From NCBI GenBank assembly GCA_964541305.1, contig CAZIPE010000004.1:1-60595 (forward strand): a DNA stretch of 60,595 nucleotides, given 5' to 3'. Below are positions 1 through 8,833 of this stretch, piece after piece; position 1 is the stretch's first letter; each line of letters starts with the position of its first letter. Origin of the DNA: an uncultured Candidatus Saccharibacteria bacterium (lineage in GTDB: Bacteria > Patescibacteriota > Saccharimonadia > Saccharimonadales > UBA7683). The notes beneath the pieces are model-generated. The model had not been told where the DNA came from. It saw only the letters and a list, made by a program, of their open reading frames with translations, and ran no database searches. The position numbers were made by a program, and so were the translations under genes.

Positions 1-1521
1 GTAATACTAGCAAGAGTATCAACTAAAAAACAAGAGCAAGAAGGCTTGTCGCTGGAAGAAATACAGCTACCCGCCATGCGTGAATACGCCGATTTACATG
101 ACTTTGATGTAGTGCATGAGTACGTGTTTAGCGAAAGTGCCGACACGGGCATCCGAAAAAAGTTCAATGAAATGATGGACTTTGTAAAAAAGCACAAAGA
201 CGTTGAAGCCATAATCGCCTTTCGTGTTGACCGAGCTACCCGTAACTTTGCAGACCACGTTGCTATGGACAACTTGCGTACTGAACACAACAAAGAACTA
301 CACTTTGTCCATGACAGGCTGACTATAACAGCTCGCTCAGTTGGGCGTGATATTACCGATTGGGACACAAAAGTGTACCTAGCCAAACAAATCATCAACC
401 GTCTAAAAGAAGATGCACATAACTCACGCTACGCCAAGCTACGAGATGGCGAATTGCCTGGCATAGCACCGTATGGCTATAAAAATGAACAGATTGATAA
501 ACGAAACAAGACTGTTGTGCCTGTGCCATTCAAAGCCAACATTGTATTAAAAATCTTTGAGCTATATGCCACTGGCACATTCTCGTATAAGTCGCTAGCA
601 AAACGGATGAAAACTGACCATGGTATTGATATGCCCTGGAGTAGCTTCGGCACGATACTCAAAAACCGTTTTTACATTGGCGAGATTTACGATAAAGCAA
701 CTGACAATTACTTTCAGCACCACTACGAGCAGATTGTACCGTACGAGCTGTATTGGCAGGTCCAGGATGTAATTGCTGGTCATGGTAAGAAGAAGATTAA
801 GTACAAAGGCTTGCCTTTCACTTACCGTGGTTTAATGCACTGTAAAAAGTGTGGCTGTGCCATTACGCCAGAGGCAAAGCATAAGAAACAAAAGAACGGC
901 AATAAACATAGTTATGCCTACTATCACTGTACTGGCAAAAGCAAAAAGTATGGTAAGCACAAAGATACCGAATGGCTTGAAGAAAAGGAGCTGGATGGCA
1001 TACTTGCTCAGCTGTTTGATGATTGCAAGATACCTGACAGTGAGCTGCCACGACTTGAACAGACCCTAAAAGAGGCTCATAGCGGCAAGGTGCAATTTAA
1101 CAAAGAGCAGGTCAAATACCACAATACTGAGATTGCAAAACTACAGAACCGCATTGAAGTAGCGTATGAAGATAAGTGCGACGGTAGTATTACTCAGTCA
1201 GAATATGACAATAAGCGGTCTAAGTGGCGTCAGCAGCAAAAGCTCCATGAACGTAAGCTGGCACGGCTATCCCAGGTTGATGAACAGTATTATGTGACCG
1301 TTGCTTATCTGTTAGAAATAGCTAGTCGTGGTAGTGAGCTATTTAAGGCTGCTGAACCAAATGAAAAACGAGAGTTAATCGGTTTGCTTGGTCAGAACCT
1401 GTTATTGGACGGCAAAATGGTCCAAATAACACTTTACAAACCTTTTGACACTCTCGCTTCATGCCTTGATAGTTCTATATGGCTCCGGAGGCCGGGCTCG
1501 AACCGGCAACCCTCTGATTAA
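1..1521 (+). CDS. Large serine recombinase/integrase, 5' end off the window
   Basis: The frame of ORF 46..1521 stays open back to nt 1 (VILARVSTKKQEQEG...), giving the catalytic-Ser motif ARVST (Ser codon 19..21). Further on there is a Zn-ribbon-like CKKCGC...YYHC segment and a long coiled-coil region typical of large serine integrases. The last 42 nt are antisense to tRNA-Asn. Confidence 0.85.
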   Translation, partial: VILARVSTKKQEQEGLSLEEIQLPAMREYADLHDFDVVHEYVFSESADTGIRKKFNEMMDFVKKHKDVEAIIAFRVDRATRNFADHVAMDNLRTEHNKELHFVHDRLTITARSVGRDITDWDTKVYLAKQIINRLKEDAHNSRYAKLRDGELPGIAPYGYKNEQIDKRNKTVVPVPFKANIVLKIFELYATGTFSYKSLAKRMKTDHGIDMPWSSFGTILKNRFYIGEIYDKATDNYFQHHYEQIVPYELYWQVQDVIAGHGKKKIKYKGLPFTYRGLMHCKKCGCAITPEAKHKKQKNGNKHSYAYYHCTGKSKKYGKHKDTEWLEEKELDGILAQLFDDCKIPDSELPRLEQTLKEAHSGKVQFNKEQVKYHNTEIAKLQNRIEVAYEDKCDGSITQSEYDNKRSKWRQQQKLHERKLARLSQVDEQYYVTVAYLLEIASRGSELFKAAEPNEKRELIGLLGQNLLLDGKMVQITLYKPFDTLASCLDSSIWLRRPGSNRQPSD

Positions 1522-1554
1522 CAGTCAGATGCTCTACCATTGAGCTACTCCGGA
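1480..1554 (-). tRNA. tRNA-Asn (anticodon GUU), CCA encoded
   Basis: The reverse complement reads UCCGGAG-UA-GCUC-AAUGGUA-GAGC-A-UCUGA-CUGUUAA-UCAGA-GGGUU-GCCGG-UUCGAGC-CCGGC-CUCCGGA-G-CCA. This is a complete 75-nt cloverleaf with a GUU anticodon and a UUCGA T-loop. Confidence 0.9.
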
Positions 1555-1575
1555 ATATCATAGAGAACGAGGTAA

Positions 1576-1604
1576 ATTATATGGGTTTACGTAACAGTAG
1601 TCAA
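1576..1604 (-). promoter_or_regulatory. Sigma70-like promoter for tRNA-Asn (TTGACT-17 nt-TATAAT)
   Basis: The minus strand reads TTGACT (1604..1599), a 17-nt spacer, then TATAAT (1581..1576), about 21 nt upstream of the tRNA 5' end. Confidence 0.55.
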
Positions 1605-1615
1605 ACTCAGTCAGT

Positions 1616-2050
1616 CTATTTCTCGAGATCTTTGAGACGGCTCTTGAAGGCAACCGCGGCTCCATCAAAGCCAAGAACCGACAGAGCACCCGTGAGAACA
1701 TACAGTTTATCGAGCTCTTTTTGCACAATCTTTGGACTCTTTTCCAAAGCTATGAATTGCGCTTCTATGGCGTCCATTAGCCACTTTTCGTTACCAGCTG
1801 TAATTTTTACTTGGGGGGTTGCACTTTTTTCAGACTCTTTTACTACCTCGAGTGACCGGGCGCTGTGATCACGCTTCGTCAGGTGACCGCGCGCAATGAG
1901 ATTATTGACATGTGCCGCCACGGTTGCGACTGATGTGTAATTGCAACCCCGCATTATCTCCCGATAACTAGGTCCGTAGCCGTGCTCCAGTACAAATTGT
2001 TCAATAAACGTAAGGAGTTCTCGTTGCTTTTTGGTGGGGCGAACGCTCAT
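1616..2050 (-). CDS. LexA-N-terminal-domain-like winged-helix regulator, no S24 peptidase domain
   Basis: The N-terminus (KKQRELLTFIEQFVLEHGYGPSYREIM...SVATVAAHVNNLIARGHL) matches the LexA DNA-binding domain pattern. The 144-aa protein is too short for the Ser/Lys autoprotease domain and lacks it. Its start overlaps the upstream GtrA stop (ATGA). Confidence 0.6.
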   Translation of the reverse strand: MSVRPTKKQRELLTFIEQFVLEHGYGPSYREIMRGCNYTSVATVAAHVNNLIARGHLTKRDHSARSLEVVKESEKSATPQVKITAGNEKWLMDAIEAQFIALEKSPKIVQKELDKLYVLTGALSVLGFDGAAVAFKSRLKDLEK

Positions 2051-2505
2051 CTTTTTCTTCTCCGTATTTTGCGACGTCCTTTTTTATATGAAGGGTGATG
2101 TGCAAAAACCCAGTATTTATACCAAAGAAAGTTCCAGACGGTAAAGAATCCGGCACTTACAAATTGGCCAATGTACGGTGAAATACCTTTTTTTTGAAGC
2201 CCTGCAACAATAAGATAATCAATACCAAAGTTGATAAGGGTGATTATGACGTAGCGTGAACCTCGCCGACGATCATATTGAATGCGAGCTTTACCCTTTT
2301 TGAAGACCCATCTATCTTCGAGAACATAATTGACGCTAAGCCCGATGATGTTAGCAAGTTGCTTTGCAACGAATAGTGGCCATCCAAAAACAGAATCAAA
2401 TAGAGCAAATGCAATATAGCCACTCCAAAAAAATGCACCGCCGGCAACAAAATACTCTATCAGTTGGGTTCCTAAACTTTTAGCTCGGTGTGTTGTGTGC
2501 TTCAT
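2047..2505 (-). CDS. GtrA-family membrane protein (polyprenyl-phosphate-sugar translocation family)
   Basis: Small 4-TM protein with the GtrA-like pattern (YFVAGG...NYVLEDRWVF...WNFLWYKYWVF). Confidence 0.75.
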   Translation of the reverse strand: MKHTTHRAKSLGTQLIEYFVAGGAFFWSGYIAFALFDSVFGWPLFVAKQLANIIGLSVNYVLEDRWVFKKGKARIQYDRRRGSRYVIITLINFGIDYLIVAGLQKKGISPYIGQFVSAGFFTVWNFLWYKYWVFAHHPSYKKGRRKIRRRKR

Positions 2506-3823
2506 GTTTGTTTTTTGTTTTGTTTAAAGGTTGACTATATAGTACCACCGCCAGCGTTCCCCACCAAATATAGGCGAGGGTTTCATCGGCCCAGGTGTGA
2601 AGAAGCAGATTGGCAACTGATAACCCAACTAAACTCGCAAACATCATCAGGGTAAGACTGTCTTTTCTTCTTATATAGAGTTCTCGGGCAACTACGCCAA
2701 TTATTGCTATCAAGAGACCAGCGCCGATTAGTCCTGTTTCTTGGCCGACCTGCACATAGTAATTTTCTGCTATTTTTGCCCCGTTTTCATGCCTGACTGA
2801 GGCAGGTCCGGCACAACCAACCCCACAGCCTAATAGTGGCTCATTTTGTACATCCCTCAATCCTAAATGTAGAGCCTCGATATGACCATTATTTGAACTT
2901 ACTTCCCCACCCTGCTGAGGATCATCATGCAGCACTACATCTCTGACAAACTGTGAATCACGGTACTGATAGCCCATCACACCAAGCACTACTGCACCAA
3001 GCACGCCAACACTGACCAAACCCAGTCGCCACTGTTTGCGCACTGATAGAAATACGTATAGCCCCACAGTAATGGCCGCAGCAATCCAGGCGCTCCGCGA
3101 ATGACTGGCATATAGAACTAGTAGTGTTGCGAAAATAAGTCCTCCAGCCACTATACGCCTCGGGATGTTCTTTACCTTTCCTACAACTACCTGCCAAGAA
3201 CTAAGTATTACCGACAGTATGAATACTAGGTAGGCGCCCAATGTATTCGGTCCGCTCAACGTACCGGCGTATCTAATGACATCTTGCTGTTCATCAATTG
3301 TGAAGTATGGCGGTATCGTTGTTTGCTTGTTGTAGCCAAACCATGTCAGAAAATCTTTCGGGAGCATAAAAAGCTGGAGTAAACCGAATACGACAACGCC
3401 GATACCTGGTATGAGTATTATTTTTAGCAGTTGAGTGCGCGTAATAGGCTTGTAATACAGCACTATCTGAAACAGTACAAAAAAGAGCAAGAAGCGTAGG
3501 TTAATCGCCAACCCTTGGGCCATGGCATCGTAGTCCTTAGGGGTGACGAGGACTATGACACTGTGCCAAAATGCGTATAGCGCAATGAGCTTATTAACCA
3601 GGCGCGCCCACACAACACCGCGAAGTTTCCTGTCTCTGAAAAAATACCACAGCCCTATAGTCAATAGGAGTGCAAGTAATATTTCTTTCCATGCGCGCCA
3701 GAGAAGCAAATTTCCTGCATTTGAGCCAATCCAGGTGGTGAGGAGTGCATGAAACGGCAAGGCAATAATAATACCCATGAGTGAGACTCGCAACAGCCGA
3801 ATACCCGCAGGTTGTGTTTTCAT
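2480..3823 (-). CDS. O-antigen ligase/polymerase family (Wzy_C-type) polytopic membrane protein
   Basis: About 11 TM segments with a central loop ASHSRSAWIAAAITVGLY typical of the O-antigen ligase family, plus a large extracytoplasmic loop. Confidence 0.7.
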   Translation of the reverse strand: MKTQPAGIRLLRVSLMGIIIALPFHALLTTWIGSNAGNLLLWRAWKEILLALLLTIGLWYFFRDRKLRGVVWARLVNKLIALYAFWHSVIVLVTPKDYDAMAQGLAINLRFLLFFVLFQIVLYYKPITRTQLLKIILIPGIGVVVFGLLQLFMLPKDFLTWFGYNKQTTIPPYFTIDEQQDVIRYAGTLSGPNTLGAYLVFILSVILSSWQVVVGKVKNIPRRIVAGGLIFATLLVLYASHSRSAWIAAAITVGLYVFLSVRKQWRLGLVSVGVLGAVVLGVMGYQYRDSQFVRDVVLHDDPQQGGEVSSNNGHIEALHLGLRDVQNEPLLGCGVGCAGPASVRHENGAKIAENYYVQVGQETGLIGAGLLIAIIGVVARELYIRRKDSLTLMMFASLVGLSVANLLLHTWADETLAYIWWGTLAVVLYSQPLNKTKNKHEAHNTPS

Positions 3824-3906
3824 ACACTAATTATACGCGATATATAGCAACACGCGGTTGTTGTACCTTTGTCATCTTAAAGTGATACAATAACGGGTAG
3901 TATTCT

Positions 3907-5325
3907 ATGAAGCAAAACTTTTCCTTCATCTATAAAATTGCGCTGATTGCCGGTGACGCATTCGGTTTGATACTTGGTTTTACACTCGCGTATATTTTGC
4001 GCGTTTCACTTGACCCACGACCCATCTCCACGCCCGTGAAGGCACTTACCTATATATCGCTGATTATGATTCTTCTCCCTTTGTGGTTAGGTATATTCTA
4101 CCTACTCGGTTTATATAACAAGCGGGTGTATAGCAAAAGACCAAAAGAGGCCAGTCGACTGCTCGTAGGTGCCCTTTCGGGTGTACTGCTACTTGTGACA
4201 TTCGATTTCTTCTCACCTGAAGTGCTGTTTCCCGCTAAGCTTGTACCAATCTATGCCGTCCTCTCTTGCTTTATCGTTCTCTGGATTATAAGAACCCTCA
4301 TGCGCGCCTTGAGGCTTTCGCTTCATCATCACAACTATGGGGTGGTACGAGTTTTGCTTGTCGGAAACAGTGATGCAACGTACTACCTTGCAAAGTACCT
4401 CTACAAAAATATTCAATCTGGCTACAAAGTAGTCGGGGTGGTTGCCAATAAAAAATATGTTTTTGAGAAAATGTATGCAAAACAATTTCAGTCACTAAAT
4501 ACCGCAATAAGTTCTTGCAAACCCCATGCCATTATCCAGACAGATAGTACAGATTTAACAAAAGTCTACAACCTCGCAATTGAGAATCATTTAGATTATC
4601 AGTTTATCCCCAGCCATGAAGCACTCTTCACCGCCAAACATTCTGTTGAACTTCTCGGTGCCTTCCCGCTTATTAACGTATACACTACACCCCTCATTGG
4701 CTGGGGGCAGCTCGTGAAGCGAACCATGGATATTATTCTGAGTTCTCTGGCGCTCATCATAACCTCACCCATCATCGCTCTCATTGGACTTATCACGAAG
4801 ATAAGTGACCCAAGAAGCAAGGTTCTCTTTAAACAACCCCGATTAAGTCGATTCAAAAAGACGGTGAACATATACAAATTTCGTTCACATAAACGAGCCT
4901 ACAGCGGACTAAGCCCCGAGGAGGCATTTACTAAGATGGGCAAGCCAGGGCTTATCAAGAAGTACCGGGAAGATGGCGACTTCTTGAAAGATGATCCACG
5001 TATCACACGGCTTGGTCATATACTGCGCAGGACCTCTTTAGACGAGCTACCTCAACTTTTCAATGTACTGCGTGGGGATATTAGCTTGGTCGGGCCTCGG
5101 GCGTTAGTGCCTTCAGAGCTTGAAAACTATGAGTTCAAAAGCCTTATCCTGAGCGTGAAGTCGGGTCTTACTGGTCTTGCACAAATATCCGGTAGACGAG
5201 ATATTAGTTTTGAAGAACGACGCAAAATCGATATGTATTACGTCCAAAACTGGAGTGTCCTTCTTGATCTGCAAATTATTATACGAACCATCTTCATGGT
5301 CATCAGCGGGCGAGGAGCCCGCTGA
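3907..5325 (+). CDS. Polyprenyl glycosylphosphotransferase (WbaP/exopolysaccharide initiating sugar transferase)
   Basis: N-terminal TM bundle, a central nucleotide-binding-like domain and a C-terminal bacterial sugar transferase motif (DELPQLFNVLRGDISLVGPRA). Confidence 0.85.
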   Translation: MKQNFSFIYKIALIAGDAFGLILGFTLAYILRVSLDPRPISTPVKALTYISLIMILLPLWLGIFYLLGLYNKRVYSKRPKEASRLLVGALSGVLLLVTFDFFSPEVLFPAKLVPIYAVLSCFIVLWIIRTLMRALRLSLHHHNYGVVRVLLVGNSDATYYLAKYLYKNIQSGYKVVGVVANKKYVFEKMYAKQFQSLNTAISSCKPHAIIQTDSTDLTKVYNLAIENHLDYQFIPSHEALFTAKHSVELLGAFPLINVYTTPLIGWGQLVKRTMDIILSSLALIITSPIIALIGLITKISDPRSKVLFKQPRLSRFKKTVNIYKFRSHKRAYSGLSPEEAFTKMGKPGLIKKYREDGDFLKDDPRITRLGHILRRTSLDELPQLFNVLRGDISLVGPRALVPSELENYEFKSLILSVKSGLTGLAQISGRRDISFEERRKIDMYYVQNWSVLLDLQIIIRTIFMVISGRGAR

Positions 5326-5789
5326 TGGGGTGTGGGGATTGGTTACTAGTTAATGGGGTTCTAAATGACAAACAGTAAGGTGCAAAATTTCGAAGATTTA
5401 GATGCTTGGAAAAAAGCAATCGACTTGGCCGTTGAAATATACCGTATTACAAAATCCTTTCCAAAAGATGAACTTTTCTCCCTAACCAACCAAATGCGCC
5501 GGGCAGCAAGTTCAGTCTCCGCCAACATTGCCGAAGGTTGTGGCAGATATAATTATAAAGAGAAGTTACAGTTTTATAGAATATCAAATGGCTCACTACT
5601 TGAAGTAAAAAGCTTTTGTTATCTTGGTAACAGACTGGCTTACATAGACGATGCGAGCCTAAAATCGATTCTCGGTGTAATAGTATCGTGTCAAAAACTA
5701 ACAAGTGCTTTAATAAAAGCCATACGAGTAAACAATGAAGCAAAATAGAATAGCCACCCGAGTAACTAATAACCAATCCCCAATCCCCA
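5326..5789. repeat. IVS-like cassette: imperfect 27-nt inverted repeats bracketing the four-helix-bundle ORF
   Basis: The 5' arm at 5326..5352 is tggggtgtggggattggttactagtta. The reverse complement of the 3' arm at 5763..5789 is tggggattggggattggttattagtta, so 24 of 27 positions are complementary. The arms lie 12 nt before the ORF start and 14 nt after its stop. Confidence 0.6.
5365..5748 (+). CDS. Four-helix-bundle protein (23S rRNA intervening-sequence protein family)
   Basis: FEDLDAWKKAIDLAVEIYRITKSFPKDELFSLTNQMRRAASSVSANIAEG is the signature N-terminal half of this family. Size is about 125 aa. Confidence 0.8.
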   Translation: MTNSKVQNFEDLDAWKKAIDLAVEIYRITKSFPKDELFSLTNQMRRAASSVSANIAEGCGRYNYKEKLQFYRISNGSLLEVKSFCYLGNRLAYIDDASLKSILGVIVSCQKLTSALIKAIRVNNEAK

Positions 5790-6901
5790 GTTCGGCACAG
5801 CCGAAGGTGGCGATTGTAGCGGACTGGTTAGTTGGTGGGGGTGCCGAACGAGTGGTGTATGAGCTTCATAGTATGTTTCCTAAGGCGCCGATATATACTG
5901 CCCACTGTAACGAGTCTTCTCAGAAGATGTTTAAAAATGCTGAGATTCACGTCAGCTTTATGCAGAAGTTTCCGTTTAGTAAACTTCGTAAGTTCCTGCC
6001 AATACTTCGTCAACACTGGTTTGAGAACTTAGACTTAAAGCAGTACGATCTTATTATTTCAAGCTCCGGTGCTGAAGCCAAGGCAGTACGTTCTCGTCCC
6101 GATGCGGTGCATATCACCTACTGCCACTCGCCAACGCATTACTACTGGATTCGCTATGATGAATACATGAAGCACCCCGGTTTTGGCATACTTGACCCAC
6201 TGGCGCAAATTGGACTCAAACTACTCGTAAAACCAAATCGTCGCTGGGATTTCGGAGCGGCTCAGCATGCTAATTACGTGATTGCAAACTCAACCGAAGT
6301 ACAGAAGCGAATCGAAGAGTTTTATGATCGTGAATCGAAAGTTATTCATCCTCCCGTAGATACAAAGCGATTTCATTCAAAGTCATCATCCGTAGTGCGA
6401 TCTGGCTTTGTAGTGGTGGGTCGCCAAACACCGTATAAAAAAATCGACCTGGCAGTACGAGCCTGCACTTTGGCTGAGCTCCCACTTACGGTTATAGGAA
6501 ATGGTCCAGAGCATAAAAAACTACAGAAAATAGCCGGTTCGACCATCACCTTTTTAACCGATGTATCAGACGACAAAATAGCGGCTTACTTCCAGAATGC
6601 AGAGGCTTTTATTATGCCCAATGAAGATGATTTTGGTATAACACCTGTTGAGGCAATGAGCGCCGGTACGCCGGTTATTGCATACAAAGCAGGTGGCGCA
6701 CTCGACTACCTTATTCCCGGCACTACCGGTGAGTTTTTCTCAGAACAAACACCAGAAGCATTAGCACAGGTTCTGAAGAACTTTAAACCTGAAAAATATA
6801 ATCATCAGAAAATTGCACGCCATGCTGAAAACTTTTCAATTGAAGTGTTTCATAAAAAAATGGCTGATTTTATTCATCATGTAACAAAAAGGAGTGACTA
6901 A
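5735..6901 (+). CDS. Glycosyltransferase family 4 (GT-B)
   Basis: VAIVADWLVGGGAERV N-terminus and a C-terminal EDFGITPVEAMSAGTPVIA motif. The true start may be GTG 5807, just downstream of the inverted-repeat arm, rather than ATG 5735. Confidence 0.8.
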   Translation: MKQNRIATRVTNNQSPIPSSAQPKVAIVADWLVGGGAERVVYELHSMFPKAPIYTAHCNESSQKMFKNAEIHVSFMQKFPFSKLRKFLPILRQHWFENLDLKQYDLIISSSGAEAKAVRSRPDAVHITYCHSPTHYYWIRYDEYMKHPGFGILDPLAQIGLKLLVKPNRRWDFGAAQHANYVIANSTEVQKRIEEFYDRESKVIHPPVDTKRFHSKSSSVVRSGFVVVGRQTPYKKIDLAVRACTLAELPLTVIGNGPEHKKLQKIAGSTITFLTDVSDDKIAAYFQNAEAFIMPNEDDFGITPVEAMSAGTPVIAYKAGGALDYLIPGTTGEFFSEQTPEALAQVLKNFKPEKYNHQKIARHAENFSIEVFHKKMADFIHHVTKRSD

Positions 6902-8746
6902 ATGTGCGGAATAGTCGGATATATAGGTAATCAAGCGGCTAGTCCACTACTTTTAGATGGTCTTCGTACGCTTGAATATCGAGGGTATGATTCAGCTGGT
7001 GTTGCTCTACTCACTCGTGAGGATAATTCACAGGCTACTATTGAGACTATTAAAAGTGCTGGTCGGATTGGTCAGCTCGAACAACTGCTTAGTGATCGAC
7101 CAAACAACTCGGAGATGCTCGGTATTGGTCATACCCGCTGGGCAACGCATGGACCAGCCAGCACCACCAATTCTCACCCTCATAGTAGCAGCGATGGCTC
7201 TATATCTGTGGTGCATAACGGAATCATTGAAAACTACCAGGTTATAAAGAGCTTCTTACAAAAAGAAGGGTTTGAATTTGTATCTGAAACCGATACCGAA
7301 GTAATCCCCCAACTCATTTCCTATCACTTTAAAAAGTCGGGAGATATTGAAAAGGCCTTTGAAGATACCCTTAGTCAACTGGACGGCGCCTACGCCATTG
7401 TCATGATCAGCACCCACGCACCTGACACCTTATTTGCCGCTAAGCTCTCTAGTCCCCTGTTAATTGGTTTAAAAGATAAAGAGATTTTCCTCGCATCTGA
7501 TGCCAGTGCCCTTCCTCAGGGATTCAATAAGTTGATCTATCTAGAAGATTTTGAGATGGCTGTTATTAAAGACGGTGAGCCTCACCTTACAAACTTTAAA
7601 GAACATGTAGCTGTAGAAAAAGAGCCCGAGGATTTAACTGAATTCTCGCTACGTGCCAGCAAAGGAGATTTCGCTCACTACATGCTCAAAGAAATTCATG
7701 ATGCACCAGAAACGATCCGTGGTGCTACCGCAGGGAGAGTGCGCCTGAGCGATAAAACCGTAAAACTTGGTGGTCTTGAGTCGGTACTAAACCAACTTGA
7801 ACACATCGATCGAATAATAATTGTCGCCTGTGGAACATCGTATTATGCCGGTATGGTGGGTGAATACCTTATTGAAGAAATTGCCGGAATCCCCGTTGAA
7901 GTTCAGCTAGCCTCAGAATTCAAATACCGCAACGAGCCACTTTCAAGTAGTACCGCTGTGCTTGCCATTTCGCAATCTGGCGAAACAGCTGATACGATCG
8001 CAGCCCTAAAAAAAGTTGAAGATTACGGAATTTTACGTCTTGGTATCGTAAACGCACCCGGCTCAACTATTGCTCGCATGACCGATGCTGGCGTATATTG
8101 TCATGCCGGACCCGAACATTCGGTTGCCTCAACCAAAGCCTTTATTGCACAGGTTTCAATTCTAAATCTCATTGCTCTGCACCTTGCAGACTCATCAACA
8201 CCCTTATACATGCCGCTACTGGAAGAACTCTCTCACCTTGATGAAAAAGCACAGGCTATACTTGACCAAGCTGAGACAATTCAAACGATTGCGAAGAAAT
8301 ATGCGGGCATTCAAGACATCCTTTACATTGGTCGAGGCTACGGCTACCCGTCGGCTGTTGAGGGAGCACTTAAGCTAAAAGAGGTGTCGTACATTCATGC
8401 TGAAGGCTATGCAGCAGGTGAAATGAAGCACGGACCTCTTGCTATGATTGATGAGAACTTTCCTACCTTTGCTATTGCCACAGACGACGGACACTTAGAA
8501 AAAACTATTTCCAACATCGAAGAAATACATGCCCGAAAAGGACCCGTCATTGCCCTCATCGACTCAGTAAATGAGAACCTTGAAAATCTCGTGCGAGATA
8601 TTATTGTTGTCCCAAAGACACTCCCTCAAACCCAGCCAATTCTTAATGCCATTGCCTTGCAGTTGTTCGCGTATTACGTCGCGCTAGAAAAAGGTTTCGA
8701 TATCGATCAACCCAGAAACCTCGCAAAGTCTGTCACTGTCGAATAA
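6902..8746 (+). CDS. glmS: Glutamine--fructose-6-phosphate aminotransferase
   Basis: MCGIVGY N-terminal nucleophile, two SIS domains, and the protein ends ...AKSVTVE. Confidence 0.95.
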   Translation: MCGIVGYIGNQAASPLLLDGLRTLEYRGYDSAGVALLTREDNSQATIETIKSAGRIGQLEQLLSDRPNNSEMLGIGHTRWATHGPASTTNSHPHSSSDGSISVVHNGIIENYQVIKSFLQKEGFEFVSETDTEVIPQLISYHFKKSGDIEKAFEDTLSQLDGAYAIVMISTHAPDTLFAAKLSSPLLIGLKDKEIFLASDASALPQGFNKLIYLEDFEMAVIKDGEPHLTNFKEHVAVEKEPEDLTEFSLRASKGDFAHYMLKEIHDAPETIRGATAGRVRLSDKTVKLGGLESVLNQLEHIDRIIIVACGTSYYAGMVGEYLIEEIAGIPVEVQLASEFKYRNEPLSSSTAVLAISQSGETADTIAALKKVEDYGILRLGIVNAPGSTIARMTDAGVYCHAGPEHSVASTKAFIAQVSILNLIALHLADSSTPLYMPLLEELSHLDEKAQAILDQAETIQTIAKKYAGIQDILYIGRGYGYPSAVEGALKLKEVSYIHAEGYAAGEMKHGPLAMIDENFPTFAIATDDGHLEKTISNIEEIHARKGPVIALIDSVNENLENLVRDIIVVPKTLPQTQPILNAIALQLFAYYVALEKGFDIDQPRNLAKSVTVE

Positions 8747-8833
8747 TAGCAGCTCTAAAAACAAAGTCTAATCCTTTTATTATAAATATGCAGTATCATT
8801 ATTATAAGAATATTAACGAGGAAATTATAATAC

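Larger units (their letters stand above)
1..1554. mobile_element. Probable right-hand junction of an integrated element (recombinase gene abutting the 3' half of tRNA-Asn); body of the element lies upstream of the window
   Basis: The recombinase gene ends inside the 3' half of a tRNA, which is a classical integration target. No second att copy is visible in this window. Confidence 0.35.

Noticed and set aside
1616-2050. Calling the LexA-like gene the SOS repressor lexA
   Set aside because: The protein lacks the C-terminal S24 autoprotease domain, and no recA or SOS-box context is visible. Only the DNA-binding domain family is supported.
6850-6901. glmS ribozyme upstream of glmS
   Set aside because: The glmS ATG follows the stop of the preceding glycosyltransferase gene with no spacer (TAAATG), so there is no 5' UTR to hold a ribozyme.
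8826-8831. TATAAT-like boxes directly upstream of several start codons (8826..8831, 19229..19234), suggesting leaderless mRNAs
   Set aside because: Spacing is inconsistent: 2 nt before the ATG at 8834 but 6 nt at 19241. GA-rich SD-like sequences also occur upstream, and no convincing -35 elements were found. This is not supportable without 5'-end data.
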